Of a stretch of 43,643 bases of DNA, positions 1 through 8,234 are shown in pieces. How positions within the stretch are numbered: the stretch's first letter is position 1; each line of letters begins with the position of its first letter. The notes beneath the pieces were generated by a model that did no database searches, had not been told where the DNA came from, and worked only from the letters and a program-made list of their open reading frames with translations. This stretch comes from Nitrospirota bacterium (GTDB lineage Bacteria > Nitrospirota > UBA9217). The stretch lies in the NCBI GenBank assembly GCA_029858565.1, contig JAOUEV010000028.1, positions 1 through 43,643 of the forward strand. Direction: 5' to 3'. Both the position numbers and the translations under genes were made by a program.

Positions 1-2
1 AC

Positions 3-1064
3 CTGGCGATCGAGGCGATCCGCGTCTGCCGCCAGGTGCATATCCGTCCGGTGATGATCACCGGGGACCACAAGCTGACCGCGGTCGCAGTGGCGCGGGA
101 AATGGGGATCTACCGCGAGGGCGACCGGGTGCTGACCGGTGAGGAGTTGGAGCGGATGTCGGACAAGGAGTTCGACGATATCGTGAGCACCGTTTCGGTC
201 TATGCGCGCGTTTCACCCATGGACAAGCTCAAGATCGTGAAGGCATGGAAGCACCGTGGCGAAGTGGTAGCCATGACCGGCGATGGGGTGAACGACGCGC
301 CGGCGCTGAAGCACGCGGACATCGGCATCGCCATGGGCATCAGCGGCACCGAGGTGACCAAGGAGGCCGCTGACATGGTGCTCCTGGACGACAATTTCGC
401 CACGATCGTCACGGCCATCGAGCGGGGCCGGTGGATCTACGATAATATAAAGAAATACCTCGCCTATCTCCTGCAGTGCAACATCACCGAGGTGGTGGTG
501 ATCGGCGGGACCGTCCTCGCCATGGGGCCGGACTACCTTCCGCTGCTGCCCGCCGCCATCCTGTACATGAACCTGGCAACCGACGGGCTTCCGGCGCTGG
601 CCCTGGGCGTGGCGCCGCCGGATCCGGACCTCATGCAGCGGCCGCCGAGGGATCCCAAGGAGAGCGTCTTCTCCTGGGACGTCAAGTCCTTCATCCTCCG
701 GGCCGTGCTGATCGAGAGCCCGCTGTTCCTCTTCATCTTCTTCCACGACCTGGGCGACATCACCCATGCGCGGACCGAGGTGTTCTTCCTGTTCATTGTC
801 GTGGAGCTCGTGATCGCGCTCAATTGCCGTTCCCTGGTGCACAGCGTGTTCAAAGCGCCTCCCCACAAATGGCTCGTGATAGCCCTTTTCTGGGAGATCG
901 TGCTGATCGTCGGTTTGATCCAGGTGCCCGCGGTCAGGGAATCCTTCGGCATCAACATTCCCTCGATGCGGGACATGGGCATTATCTCGGCTCTCGGCAT
1001 CGTCGTGTTCGTCATCATCGAAGTGACCAAGGGATGGCTGAGAAGGCGAGCAGCGGCGCACTGA
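3..1064 (+). CDS. P-type cation-transporting ATPase (type II, Ca2+-ATPase-like), 5'-truncated by the window
   Basis: Motifs MITGDH, VYARVSP, VAMTGDGVNDAPALKHADIGIAMG, NLATDGLPALALG and C-terminal TM helices; frame is open back to position 3. Confidence 0.95.
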   Translation: MAIEAIRVCRQVHIRPVMITGDHKLTAVAVAREMGIYREGDRVLTGEELERMSDKEFDDIVSTVSVYARVSPMDKLKIVKAWKHRGEVVAMTGDGVNDAPALKHADIGIAMGISGTEVTKEAADMVLLDDNFATIVTAIERGRWIYDNIKKYLAYLLQCNITEVVVIGGTVLAMGPDYLPLLPAAILYMNLATDGLPALALGVAPPDPDLMQRPPRDPKESVFSWDVKSFILRAVLIESPLFLFIFFHDLGDITHARTEVFFLFIVVELVIALNCRSLVHSVFKAPPHKWLVIALFWEIVLIVGLIQVPAVRESFGINIPSMRDMGIISALGIVVFVIIEVTKGWLRRRAAAH

Positions 1065-1208
1065 TCACGGCCGCAGCCTGGGAAAATCATAATTGCTTCA
1101 GGAACATCGCCGCTTTGAGGATGCAACCGCCGGGTTTGCAGGCACGGTCCTGGTCCGGTGCGAGCGGCATTTGCGGAAATAGTGCGAGCATTTATAACGC
1201 TAATTTGC

Positions 1209-1237
1209 TTGACACCAACCTGGGTCCATACTATAAT
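1209..1237 (+). promoter_or_regulatory. sigma70-type promoter, perfect consensus TTGACA-17-TATAAT
   Basis: TTGACA 1209-1214, TATAAT 1232-1237, 17-nt spacer; upstream of the lipoprotein genes. Confidence 0.8.
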
Positions 1238-1420
1238 CGCCCGCAGATTTCGAACCGTCGCGTCGCGCAATCCATCCGAAACTTCAAAACTGCGATAACA
1301 CCTGGTAGAGTTTTCGGGAAATCGTTTGCCTCTTGTGCAACTGATGCAGGAGAAGGGGCCGGCGATGAATGTCCGATTGCGCCCGCAACAACCGGTAATG
1401 AAAATACCAAGGAGGTTGTC

Positions 1421-1891
1421 ATGAGAAGGTTCCTGCTGATTGCGCTGCTTGCGGTGACATTGCTTCAGGGGTGCGCCAGGCTCCCTGCCCCGGAGGAAAT
1501 GGCGCAGGAGATCAAGGGATTCGAACTTCCCGCAAAACCCGATCAGAACAGCGCAATGATCTACGTTGTCAGGCCGTCGATGGTTGGAACATTGGTGCGG
1601 TTCAATGTGTTTCTAGACAACCATGATGACGCATCCGAGATGGGATACAATCGGGGATCGCAGTATATTTTCTTCACGGTCAAGCCGGGCAGGCATGATA
1701 TCTTTTCCAAGGCGGAAAATTGGGCCGATGCCACGATTGACGCGAAAGGGGGAGACACGATCTTTATCCGTCAGGATGTCCAGATGGGATTTATCATGGC
1801 ACGGAACAGCCTCACCGTGGTCGATGTGCTCGAGGGGACCTACCATGTCAAGAATACCCAAGCCGGGACAATGATCAAAACACAGAATTGA
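1421..1891 (+). CDS. Lipoprotein, DUF2846-like (156 aa)
   Basis: SD AAGGAGG before ATG 1421; signal peptide with lipobox LQGC; A-x-IYVVRPS...FNVFLD...YIFFTVKPGRH pattern typical of DUF2846. The long ORF from 476 is only an upstream extension. Confidence 0.8.
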   Translation: MRRFLLIALLAVTLLQGCARLPAPEEMAQEIKGFELPAKPDQNSAMIYVVRPSMVGTLVRFNVFLDNHDDASEMGYNRGSQYIFFTVKPGRHDIFSKAENWADATIDAKGGDTIFIRQDVQMGFIMARNSLTVVDVLEGTYHVKNTQAGTMIKTQN

Positions 1892-1974
1892 TCTGAAACC
1901 CTGGGGAGCTGTTTCATATTGATCGGCGCATTGCGGGAGAACAAGCACGCTGACAACCCAATTCAGGAGGGCTA

Positions 1975-2718
1975 ATGAGAAGACTGGTCGTCGCATTCAT
2001 GCTTTGTCTCGCAAGTTTTTCGGTAGGTTGTACGCACAGCATGCATATTTCCAATGCCGAAGAATATTTCACGCCGCCGGCCCCTCCGGTCAAGCGGCCG
2101 GTCAAGCTGGGGGTCACTTCGTCGAACACGGTTGATGTCAAGAACAGCAGGTATGTAGCTTCGATCATCGATGCATTGAATCAGAGCGGCAACTTTGAAC
2201 GCATTATCTATCCCTATAATCCGGCGGTCCACCAGGGCGAGGTGGAGCTGATCGCCGACATCAATGTCCATCCCCGGTATACGGGCAGCACCGGCAATTT
2301 CTTCCTGAACTGGCCCGGATTCCTCATCTTTGCTCCGGCAATCTGGGGTTATAAGTATCACGCGGAATTGGAAACGCAGGTCATGCTGACACGCGTTGCA
2401 GACAGTCAGACGCAGCAAATGTCCATCCCGACCCGCTACACGTTCCGTCACGCGGAAATGAACCGGACCTGGACAGAGATCGGCTGGTTCGAAGTAGGGA
2501 TCATTCCGCTGATCAGCGGTTTTTTCTTCACCGATTTCGATCCTGAGGTTACCGGTCAATTCATAAGCCAGGTCGGGCCCAGTTACGGCACCTTTGTCGC
2601 GAGAAAGATCTTGTCAGCGCTTCCACAGCCGGTACCTGTTCCTGCGCAGCCTGTTCCAGCACCGCCTGTTCCTGCCCAGCCGGCGCCGATCACGGGGATG
2701 GCTGCACCGCAGCAATAG
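1975..2718 (+). CDS. Hypothetical lipoprotein with Pro/Ala/Gln-rich C-terminal tail (247 aa)
   Basis: SD AGGAGG; lipobox SVGC; tail PQPVPVPAQPVPAPPVPAQPAP encoded by ~15-nt repeats (about 2635-2682). Confidence 0.75.
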   Translation: MRRLVVAFMLCLASFSVGCTHSMHISNAEEYFTPPAPPVKRPVKLGVTSSNTVDVKNSRYVASIIDALNQSGNFERIIYPYNPAVHQGEVELIADINVHPRYTGSTGNFFLNWPGFLIFAPAIWGYKYHAELETQVMLTRVADSQTQQMSIPTRYTFRHAEMNRTWTEIGWFEVGIIPLISGFFFTDFDPEVTGQFISQVGPSYGTFVARKILSALPQPVPVPAQPVPAPPVPAQPAPITGMAAPQQ

Positions 2719-2751
2719 GTTATTACTGATACTTGATCGAGCTTTCTTCAG

Positions 2752-2793
2752 GAACGGCAGGAGATGATATTCTTCTTGCCGTTCTTTTTTTTT
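2752..2793 (+). terminator. Intrinsic terminator after the lipoprotein pair
   Basis: Stem GAACGGCAGGA/TCTTGCCGTTC (one G-U pair) followed by T9 (2785-2793). Confidence 0.75.
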
Positions 2794-2804
2794 GCGACTA
2801 CAAT
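2776..2804 (+). promoter_or_regulatory. Putative sigma70 promoter TTGCCG-17-TACAAT overlapping the terminator
   Basis: TTGCCG 2776-2781, TACAAT 2799-2804, 52 nt upstream of GTG 2857. Confidence 0.55.
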
Positions 2805-2856
2805 CAGAGCGTCAGGTAGCAGGATCGGAAGTTTTGTTCCTCCAGGGAGGCCACTT

Positions 2857-5760
2857 GTGCGACGGGCAGTATTCGTATTTGCAGTTCTCGTTCTTCTCGC
2901 GGCAGGCAATGCCTTCGCCAAATTCGATCCCTCTTTTGACTGGACCACGGTCGAGACCCCGCACTTCCTGATCCACCATCACCAGGGCGGCGAGGAGATC
3001 GCGAAGCGGGTCGCGGTCCTTGCCGAGGACATCCATAACCGCCTGACGCCTCGAATCAAATGGGAACCCAGGGACAAGACCCATCTGGCGCTCGTTGACG
3101 CCATGGATGAGGCGAACGGGTACTCCTTTCCCATCCCCTATAATCAGGTTGTCATTTACCTCTCCGCTCCCTCGGGCGAGCAGGGGCTCGGTCTCGTGTC
3201 CTATGACGACTGGCTGCGGCTCGTGATCACCCATGAATACACCCACACGCTGCAGCTCGACATGGTGCGGCGCGGGCCGCGGCGGCTGCAGAAGGTGCTC
3301 GGCAGGATCTATTTCCCCAACCTGTTCCAGCCGAGCTGGATGATCGAAGGCCTTGCCACCTACGAGGAGACCGAGCAGACCAGCGGCGGCAGGGGGCGGT
3401 CCGCATGGGAGGAAATGATCTTACGGGCAGCGGTGCTGGAGCATGGATTCCCGACCCTGGGACAGGCTTCGGTATTTCCCGACACCTGGCCGTCGGGCCT
3501 GGTGCCCTATCTTTTCGGCGAGGGATTCACGCGCTACCTTGCTGACCGTTTTGGCAGGGACAAGATCGCTGAGTTAAGCCTAGCCTACAGCGGCAGGGGC
3601 TGGCCCTTCCTGGTCGGGTCCACGGGAAAGCAGGTGCTTGGCAAGGATTATGAGACGCTCTGGTTCGAGTGGGAGGTGGAGCTCAGGACAAAGTACCGCG
3701 ACCAGGAAAAGCAGGTCCGGTCACTCGGCGTTACGCCGTCGACCCGTCTGACCAACCGGGGATTCGTGAACACAGGCCCCGCGTTCTCGCCTGACGGTTC
3801 GAAGATCGCCTACGCAGTCGCTGATGCTGACGAATATCCGGCCGTCCATGTGATGAACGCCGACGGCAGCAATGACCGCGCGGTTGTGGAGAATGTTTTT
3901 CCCTCGTCCACTTCCGGAGCATCGGTCTCCTGGAGCCCTGACGGCAACAGGCTCTACTATACCAAGGTAGATCTGGCGAAGAACACGAACTATTACAGCG
4001 ATCTCTATGTCTATGACCTCCGGACAAAGAAGGAGACGCGGCTGACCAAAGGCCTGCGCAGCCGAGATCCCCATCCATCCCCTGACGGGACCAGGATCCT
4101 TTTCGTGATGAACTCGCTCGGAAGGACAAGGCTTGCGACGCTCGATCTTGCGAAGACCGTCAAATGCCCGGCTGGAGAAAAGGACATCGTTCTTTTGACG
4201 CCCTGGAGCAGCGATCAGTACGCATCCCCGAGGTGGAGCCCCGATGGATCACGCATTGCCGTGACCGTGCAGCAGGCGGCCGGTTTCAGGGACATTCAGG
4301 TCCTTGATGCTGGCGGCGCGAAGCTCGCCGACGTGAGCCACGACCGGGCCCTTGACGGAGCACCTGCCTGGAGCCCTGACGGGACGGCTCTCTATTTCTC
4401 CTCCGACCGCTCGGGCATTTACAATATTTACGTTTATGATCTCCTGACCGGCAAGGCCTTCAGGCTGAGCAATGTGGTCAACGGCGCGTTCACACCATCG
4501 CCTTCGCCAGACGGACGTTCGCTTGCAATAACCTCCTACAGTTCATCGGGATTCGATATTCACCTGATGCAGGTCCCTGACCGAGGTGAATGGGCCGAGG
4601 CAGCGGTCTATGTGGACCGTTATCCCGCAATGACCTACGAAGAAAAATCCGTTGAGACAGCGAGCCGTCCCTACAGCCCGCTCTCCACGATCTATCCCCG
4701 CTTCTGGCTGCCCTGGGCTGGATACAGCGAAGCAAGCGGCACATTGCTCGGCGCTCTCACCTTTGGCCAGGACGCGGTCCAGCGGCATCGGTATGTTGCC
4801 ACGGCGTTCTACGGTCCCAAGAACAGCAGGACGTGGTATGGCCTTGATTATTTCTACGACGGTTTTTATCCCACGATTCATCTGCATGCTTCGGACACCG
4901 ACATTGCCTACGCGAACTTTCTTGAGGACACGGTATCACGGCGCGACTATGTTGAGCGTGCAAAGACCTACGGCGCGTCGCTGGTCATCCCGGTGCTGAA
5001 GAACGAGCAGCAGCAGGCTGTCACCATCGGGTATCGCAGACGGGATACCTCGGCCCTGACCGGTCTGCCGCCCTGGACAGGTTATGCCGGTCTCCTGCCC
5101 GGCGAGGGCATGCTTGCGTCGGGCAGGGTAAAATATAATTACAACAGCAGCAGGCGCTACGCCCTCTCGATCAGTCCCGAGGATGGGCGGACCGTGAACC
5201 TGGGTGCCGAGCGTTTCACGGAATCCTTTGGCAGTGACTTTGAGTTCACGAAATACACTGCTGACTGGCACGAGTACCTTGACCTGCCGGGCAGGCATCA
5301 CGTGCTCCAGGCGCGGGCCTTTGTGGGAAGGGCGATCGGCGATGCTCCTATCCAGGGAGCATATCAGCTCGGCGGGGATAACCCCGGTGATGTGACCATG
5401 TCGCTCGAGGACCGTACCGTGTACCTGCGCGGCTATCCCATGAACGTCATGCGGGGAAGCAAAGTCGGCCTGGCTAGCCTCGAGTACCGCTTTCCGCTGA
5501 GCGTCCTCGAAAAGGGATGGAACACCAAGGCGGTCTACTTCCGCAAGCTCCACGGCGCGCTTTTCTACGAAGCAGGCAGCGCCTGGGACGGAACGTTACG
5601 GGGAGACTATATCAGGAAGAGCGTCGGCGGCGAACTGCGGTTCGATGTTGACCTGGCCTACTATCTGCCGATCACCTTCCGGTTCGTGATAGCGAGGGGA
5701 CTTGATGAGGACGGTCAGTCGCAGGCCTATCTGGGGCTGTGGATGCCGCTGTCATTGTGA
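2857..5760 (+). CDS. Secreted multidomain protein: HExxH metallopeptidase-like domain + PD40/TolB-like beta-propeller + C-terminal Omp85 (BamA/TamA-like) barrel (967 aa)
   Basis: SD GGGAGG before GTG 2857; signal peptide ending AFA; HEYTH then WMIEGLATY; repeated P-x-W/F-SPDG motifs; LRGYP...SLEYRFPL...LHGALFYEAGSAW...KSVGGELR barrel signature. Confidence 0.85.
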   Translation: MRRAVFVFAVLVLLAAGNAFAKFDPSFDWTTVETPHFLIHHHQGGEEIAKRVAVLAEDIHNRLTPRIKWEPRDKTHLALVDAMDEANGYSFPIPYNQVVIYLSAPSGEQGLGLVSYDDWLRLVITHEYTHTLQLDMVRRGPRRLQKVLGRIYFPNLFQPSWMIEGLATYEETEQTSGGRGRSAWEEMILRAAVLEHGFPTLGQASVFPDTWPSGLVPYLFGEGFTRYLADRFGRDKIAELSLAYSGRGWPFLVGSTGKQVLGKDYETLWFEWEVELRTKYRDQEKQVRSLGVTPSTRLTNRGFVNTGPAFSPDGSKIAYAVADADEYPAVHVMNADGSNDRAVVENVFPSSTSGASVSWSPDGNRLYYTKVDLAKNTNYYSDLYVYDLRTKKETRLTKGLRSRDPHPSPDGTRILFVMNSLGRTRLATLDLAKTVKCPAGEKDIVLLTPWSSDQYASPRWSPDGSRIAVTVQQAAGFRDIQVLDAGGAKLADVSHDRALDGAPAWSPDGTALYFSSDRSGIYNIYVYDLLTGKAFRLSNVVNGAFTPSPSPDGRSLAITSYSSSGFDIHLMQVPDRGEWAEAAVYVDRYPAMTYEEKSVETASRPYSPLSTIYPRFWLPWAGYSEASGTLLGALTFGQDAVQRHRYVATAFYGPKNSRTWYGLDYFYDGFYPTIHLHASDTDIAYANFLEDTVSRRDYVERAKTYGASLVIPVLKNEQQQAVTIGYRRRDTSALTGLPPWTGYAGLLPGEGMLASGRVKYNYNSSRRYALSISPEDGRTVNLGAERFTESFGSDFEFTKYTADWHEYLDLPGRHHVLQARAFVGRAIGDAPIQGAYQLGGDNPGDVTMSLEDRTVYLRGYPMNVMRGSKVGLASLEYRFPLSVLEKGWNTKAVYFRKLHGALFYEAGSAWDGTLRGDYIRKSVGGELRFDVDLAYYLPITFRFVIARGLDEDGQSQAYLGLWMPLSL

Positions 5761-5777
5761 AAAAAATCGAGAGGCCG

Positions 5778-5826
5778 TTAGGGGTAAGGTGTTAGGGGTA
5801 AGGGGTGAGGCAAGTGAAGGTGAGGT
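5778..5826 (+). repeat. Heptameric G-rich tandem repeat (TTAGGGG TAAGGTG TTAGGGG TAAGGGG TGAGGCA)
   Basis: 7-nt periodicity read directly in the intergenic gap before the SDR gene. Confidence 0.6.
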
Positions 5827-5830
5827 AATC

Positions 5831-6721
5831 ATGATCCTTGTAACTGGTGCAACGGGATTTGTAGGCCGTCATCTGGTGAAGCGACTGCGGCAGGACGGGT
5901 TCGCTGTCCGTGCTGTTGTCAGGACGCCTGCAAAGGCCTCATGGCTCAAGGACCTGGGCGTCGAGGTCGTTCCCGGCGATATCAGCGACCAGACGTCGCT
6001 TGAAGCGGCAGTCCAGGGTTGCGATAAGGTCATCCACCTGGTCGGCATCATCCAGGAAGGCCGCGGGTTCACTTTCCGGAGCGTGCACGTGGACGGCACG
6101 CGCAATGTCCTTGATTCGGCGAAGAAAGCCGGGGTGAGGCACTTCTTTTACCAGAGCGCGCTGGGCACGCGGGAACACGCGAAGAGCGAATATCACAAGA
6201 CCAAGTGGGAGGCTGAGAAGCTTGTCAAGGCATCGGGCATTCCCTATACCATTCTGCGGCCGTCGCTGATCTACGGTTCAGGCGACCTATTCACGATCCG
6301 GCTGGCTGAGATGATCCGCCTTTCCCCGGTCCTTCCGGTGATCGGGACCGGCAGATCGAAGATCCAGCCGATCTTCATCGATGACGTGGTGACTTGCATG
6401 GCCAGGATACTGAAGGATGATAGGTTCCTGAACAAGACCTTTGAGATCGGCGGGCCTGAAGAGCTTTCCTACGAAGAGGTTACCCGGGCCATTGCAGCGG
6501 CACTGGGCGTACGCCGGCCGACCGTGCATATGCCGCTCTTCTTCATGCGCACGGTTGCGAAGATCGGTGAATCTTTGCTGCCCAAGCCGCCGGTGACCAC
6601 GGACCAGCTGATCATGCTGCAGGAGGACAATGTCTGCGGCTTGAAGGACATCCGCGAGGCATTCGGCGTGGAGCCGGTGAAGTTCGCTGAGGGACTGAAG
6701 CGGTTCCTGGGAAGAACCTAA
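5831..6721 (+). CDS. NAD(P)-dependent atypical SDR, complex I NDUFA9-like family (296 aa)
   Basis: SD GAGGT; ILVTGATGFVG Rossmann motif; YHKTKWEAE; LRPSLIYG; QPIFIDDV; TTDQLIML. Confidence 0.9.
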   Translation: MILVTGATGFVGRHLVKRLRQDGFAVRAVVRTPAKASWLKDLGVEVVPGDISDQTSLEAAVQGCDKVIHLVGIIQEGRGFTFRSVHVDGTRNVLDSAKKAGVRHFFYQSALGTREHAKSEYHKTKWEAEKLVKASGIPYTILRPSLIYGSGDLFTIRLAEMIRLSPVLPVIGTGRSKIQPIFIDDVVTCMARILKDDRFLNKTFEIGGPEELSYEEVTRAIAAALGVRRPTVHMPLFFMRTVAKIGESLLPKPPVTTDQLIMLQEDNVCGLKDIREAFGVEPVKFAEGLKRFLGRT

Positions 6722-6728
6722 GCAGATC

Positions 6729-6843
6729 TTTGACACTGAGGACACTGAAGAATCATAGACACAGAACATGCTGATATAGGGACGGAAAAAGACGAGAATC
6801 GACGTGCTTTTTCATAGGTCTTTTCAGTGTCTTCAGTGTCAAA
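6729..6843. repeat. Intergenic palindromic element with 9-nt periodic arms
   Basis: TTTGACACTGAGGACACTGAA (6729-6749) versus TTCAGTGTCTTCAGTGTCAAA (6823-6843): 20/21 reverse-complement match; lies between convergent genes. Confidence 0.8.
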
Positions 6844-6943
6844 ATAAAAGTCTTTGGTTTGAGCCGCAGGCTCGGTGTCAAAACGGAGGGCCATCATGAG
6901 CGGACCGGCCGTGGTAATTGGGCGGAAGGGCGGTAGCGGAGCA

Positions 6944-8128
6944 TTATTCCAGCGCGTACAGCGTCCTTCCGGCGCTGAAGTAGATCGTCCTTCCGACCGG
7001 CAGAGGCGCGCCGGGCGCATTGCGCTGCGCGGGCTGGAATTGCCACAGTTCCTTGCCATTGGCGGCGTCGAATGCGTGCAGGATGCCATGGCCGTCAGCT
7101 GCGTATACGGTCCTGCCTGCCACGGCCGGCGGTTCCTCGAACCACGCATCGATGTAGTGCTGCCAACGGACCTGCCCGGTGAGCGCATCAACGGCATAGA
7201 ACGTTCCCGCGCGGTCGTCGCTTGTGCCGAAGTATACCGTGCCGTCGGCGACCGCCGGCGTGTTCGCCGCGCCCTGGGCTGCCACTTTCCAGAGGACCTG
7301 GCCTGTTTGCCGGGACAGGGCCAGCAAGGCGCCCCGGACGCCTGAACCGATGGTGATATAGATCCTGTCGCCGAAGACAGCCGGAGCGCCGCGCAGGGAC
7401 AGGATGTTGGGCACCTCCCAGAGCTTGCCGCCGTCGCTCGCGCGGATCGCGAAGAAGCCGCCCCCGGTCAGCAGGTGGCCTGAGTTCCCGTAGCCGAAGT
7501 ACACCACGCCGTCGGCGATCGCCGGCGGGGTCACCACGCGGTTCCGGGTCTTGAAGAGCCATCGTTCGTCGCCGGTCGCGGCGTCGATCGCGGCGAGAAA
7601 CCCGTGGTCCTCACGGGAGCCCGGGAACGAGCCGCCGCCGTAATAGAGCATCCCGTTCACCAGGGCAGGCGAGGTCGGACGGACGGTGCCGGTCAGGACC
7701 TTCCAGCGGATGTCGCCGCTTCGAGTGTCCATGGCGTAGAGAGCGTTCATCGATGCACCGAAATACACCGTGTTGTTCACGATCGCCGGCGCGCCGGCGC
7801 CGGAGAGGTGGTATTTCCAGCGAAGCGTTCCCCTGCTTCTGTCGATCGCGTAGAGGTACTCGTCATCGCCAAGGAACAGGGTGTTTCCGGCAACCACGGG
7901 CGGTGACAGGAAGTGTCCTTCCGCTGTGAATGACCATTTCACCGATGGTTTTGCGGTGATCTGCGCGGCGCGGAATGAGCCGGTCCTCTGCAGATCACCG
8001 CGGAACCATGAAGCGGAAACCGGCATTTCGCCCTGCCGGACCGGAGCCGGGCCTCCTTCGTCGCAAAAGGACGGCGCCGGCGCAGCGAAAAGAACACCTG
8101 TCAGCAGCAAGCAAGCAACGGACCGCAT
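6944..8128 (-). CDS. Secreted PQQ-repeat (BamB-like) beta-propeller protein (394 aa)
   Basis: Signal peptide; FRGDLQRTG N-terminal motif; about 8 repeats of P-x-V-x-D/N-G-x-VYFG...LYA-x-D-xx-TG-xx-RW; SD GAGGGAG. Confidence 0.88.
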   Translation of the reverse strand: MRSVACLLLTGVLFAAPAPSFCDEGGPAPVRQGEMPVSASWFRGDLQRTGSFRAAQITAKPSVKWSFTAEGHFLSPPVVAGNTLFLGDDEYLYAIDRSRGTLRWKYHLSGAGAPAIVNNTVYFGASMNALYAMDTRSGDIRWKVLTGTVRPTSPALVNGMLYYGGGSFPGSREDHGFLAAIDAATGDERWLFKTRNRVVTPPAIADGVVYFGYGNSGHLLTGGGFFAIRASDGGKLWEVPNILSLRGAPAVFGDRIYITIGSGVRGALLALSRQTGQVLWKVAAQGAANTPAVADGTVYFGTSDDRAGTFYAVDALTGQVRWQHYIDAWFEEPPAVAGRTVYAADGHGILHAFDAANGKELWQFQPAQRNAPGAPLPVGRTIYFSAGRTLYALE

Positions 8129-8234
8129 AAACGATCTCCCTCTTCAGTCTGGTGTCGTACCGGAACGTATAGTATCATAGTGTCCGGCAAAGGGAAAGAA
8201 CTCAAGGCGCTGGTTCCCGGGACCAGGAGGCTGC

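Noticed and set aside
476-1420. N-terminal extension of the 471-aa ORF
   Set aside because: Overlaps the ATPase out of frame and crosses a promoter; SD and signal peptide place the start at 1421
6718-7197. 159-aa minus ORF and other ORF extensions crossing palindromic elements (e.g. 40268-40447, 33475-33546)
   Set aside because: Low-complexity translations of repeat elements; better starts exist downstream
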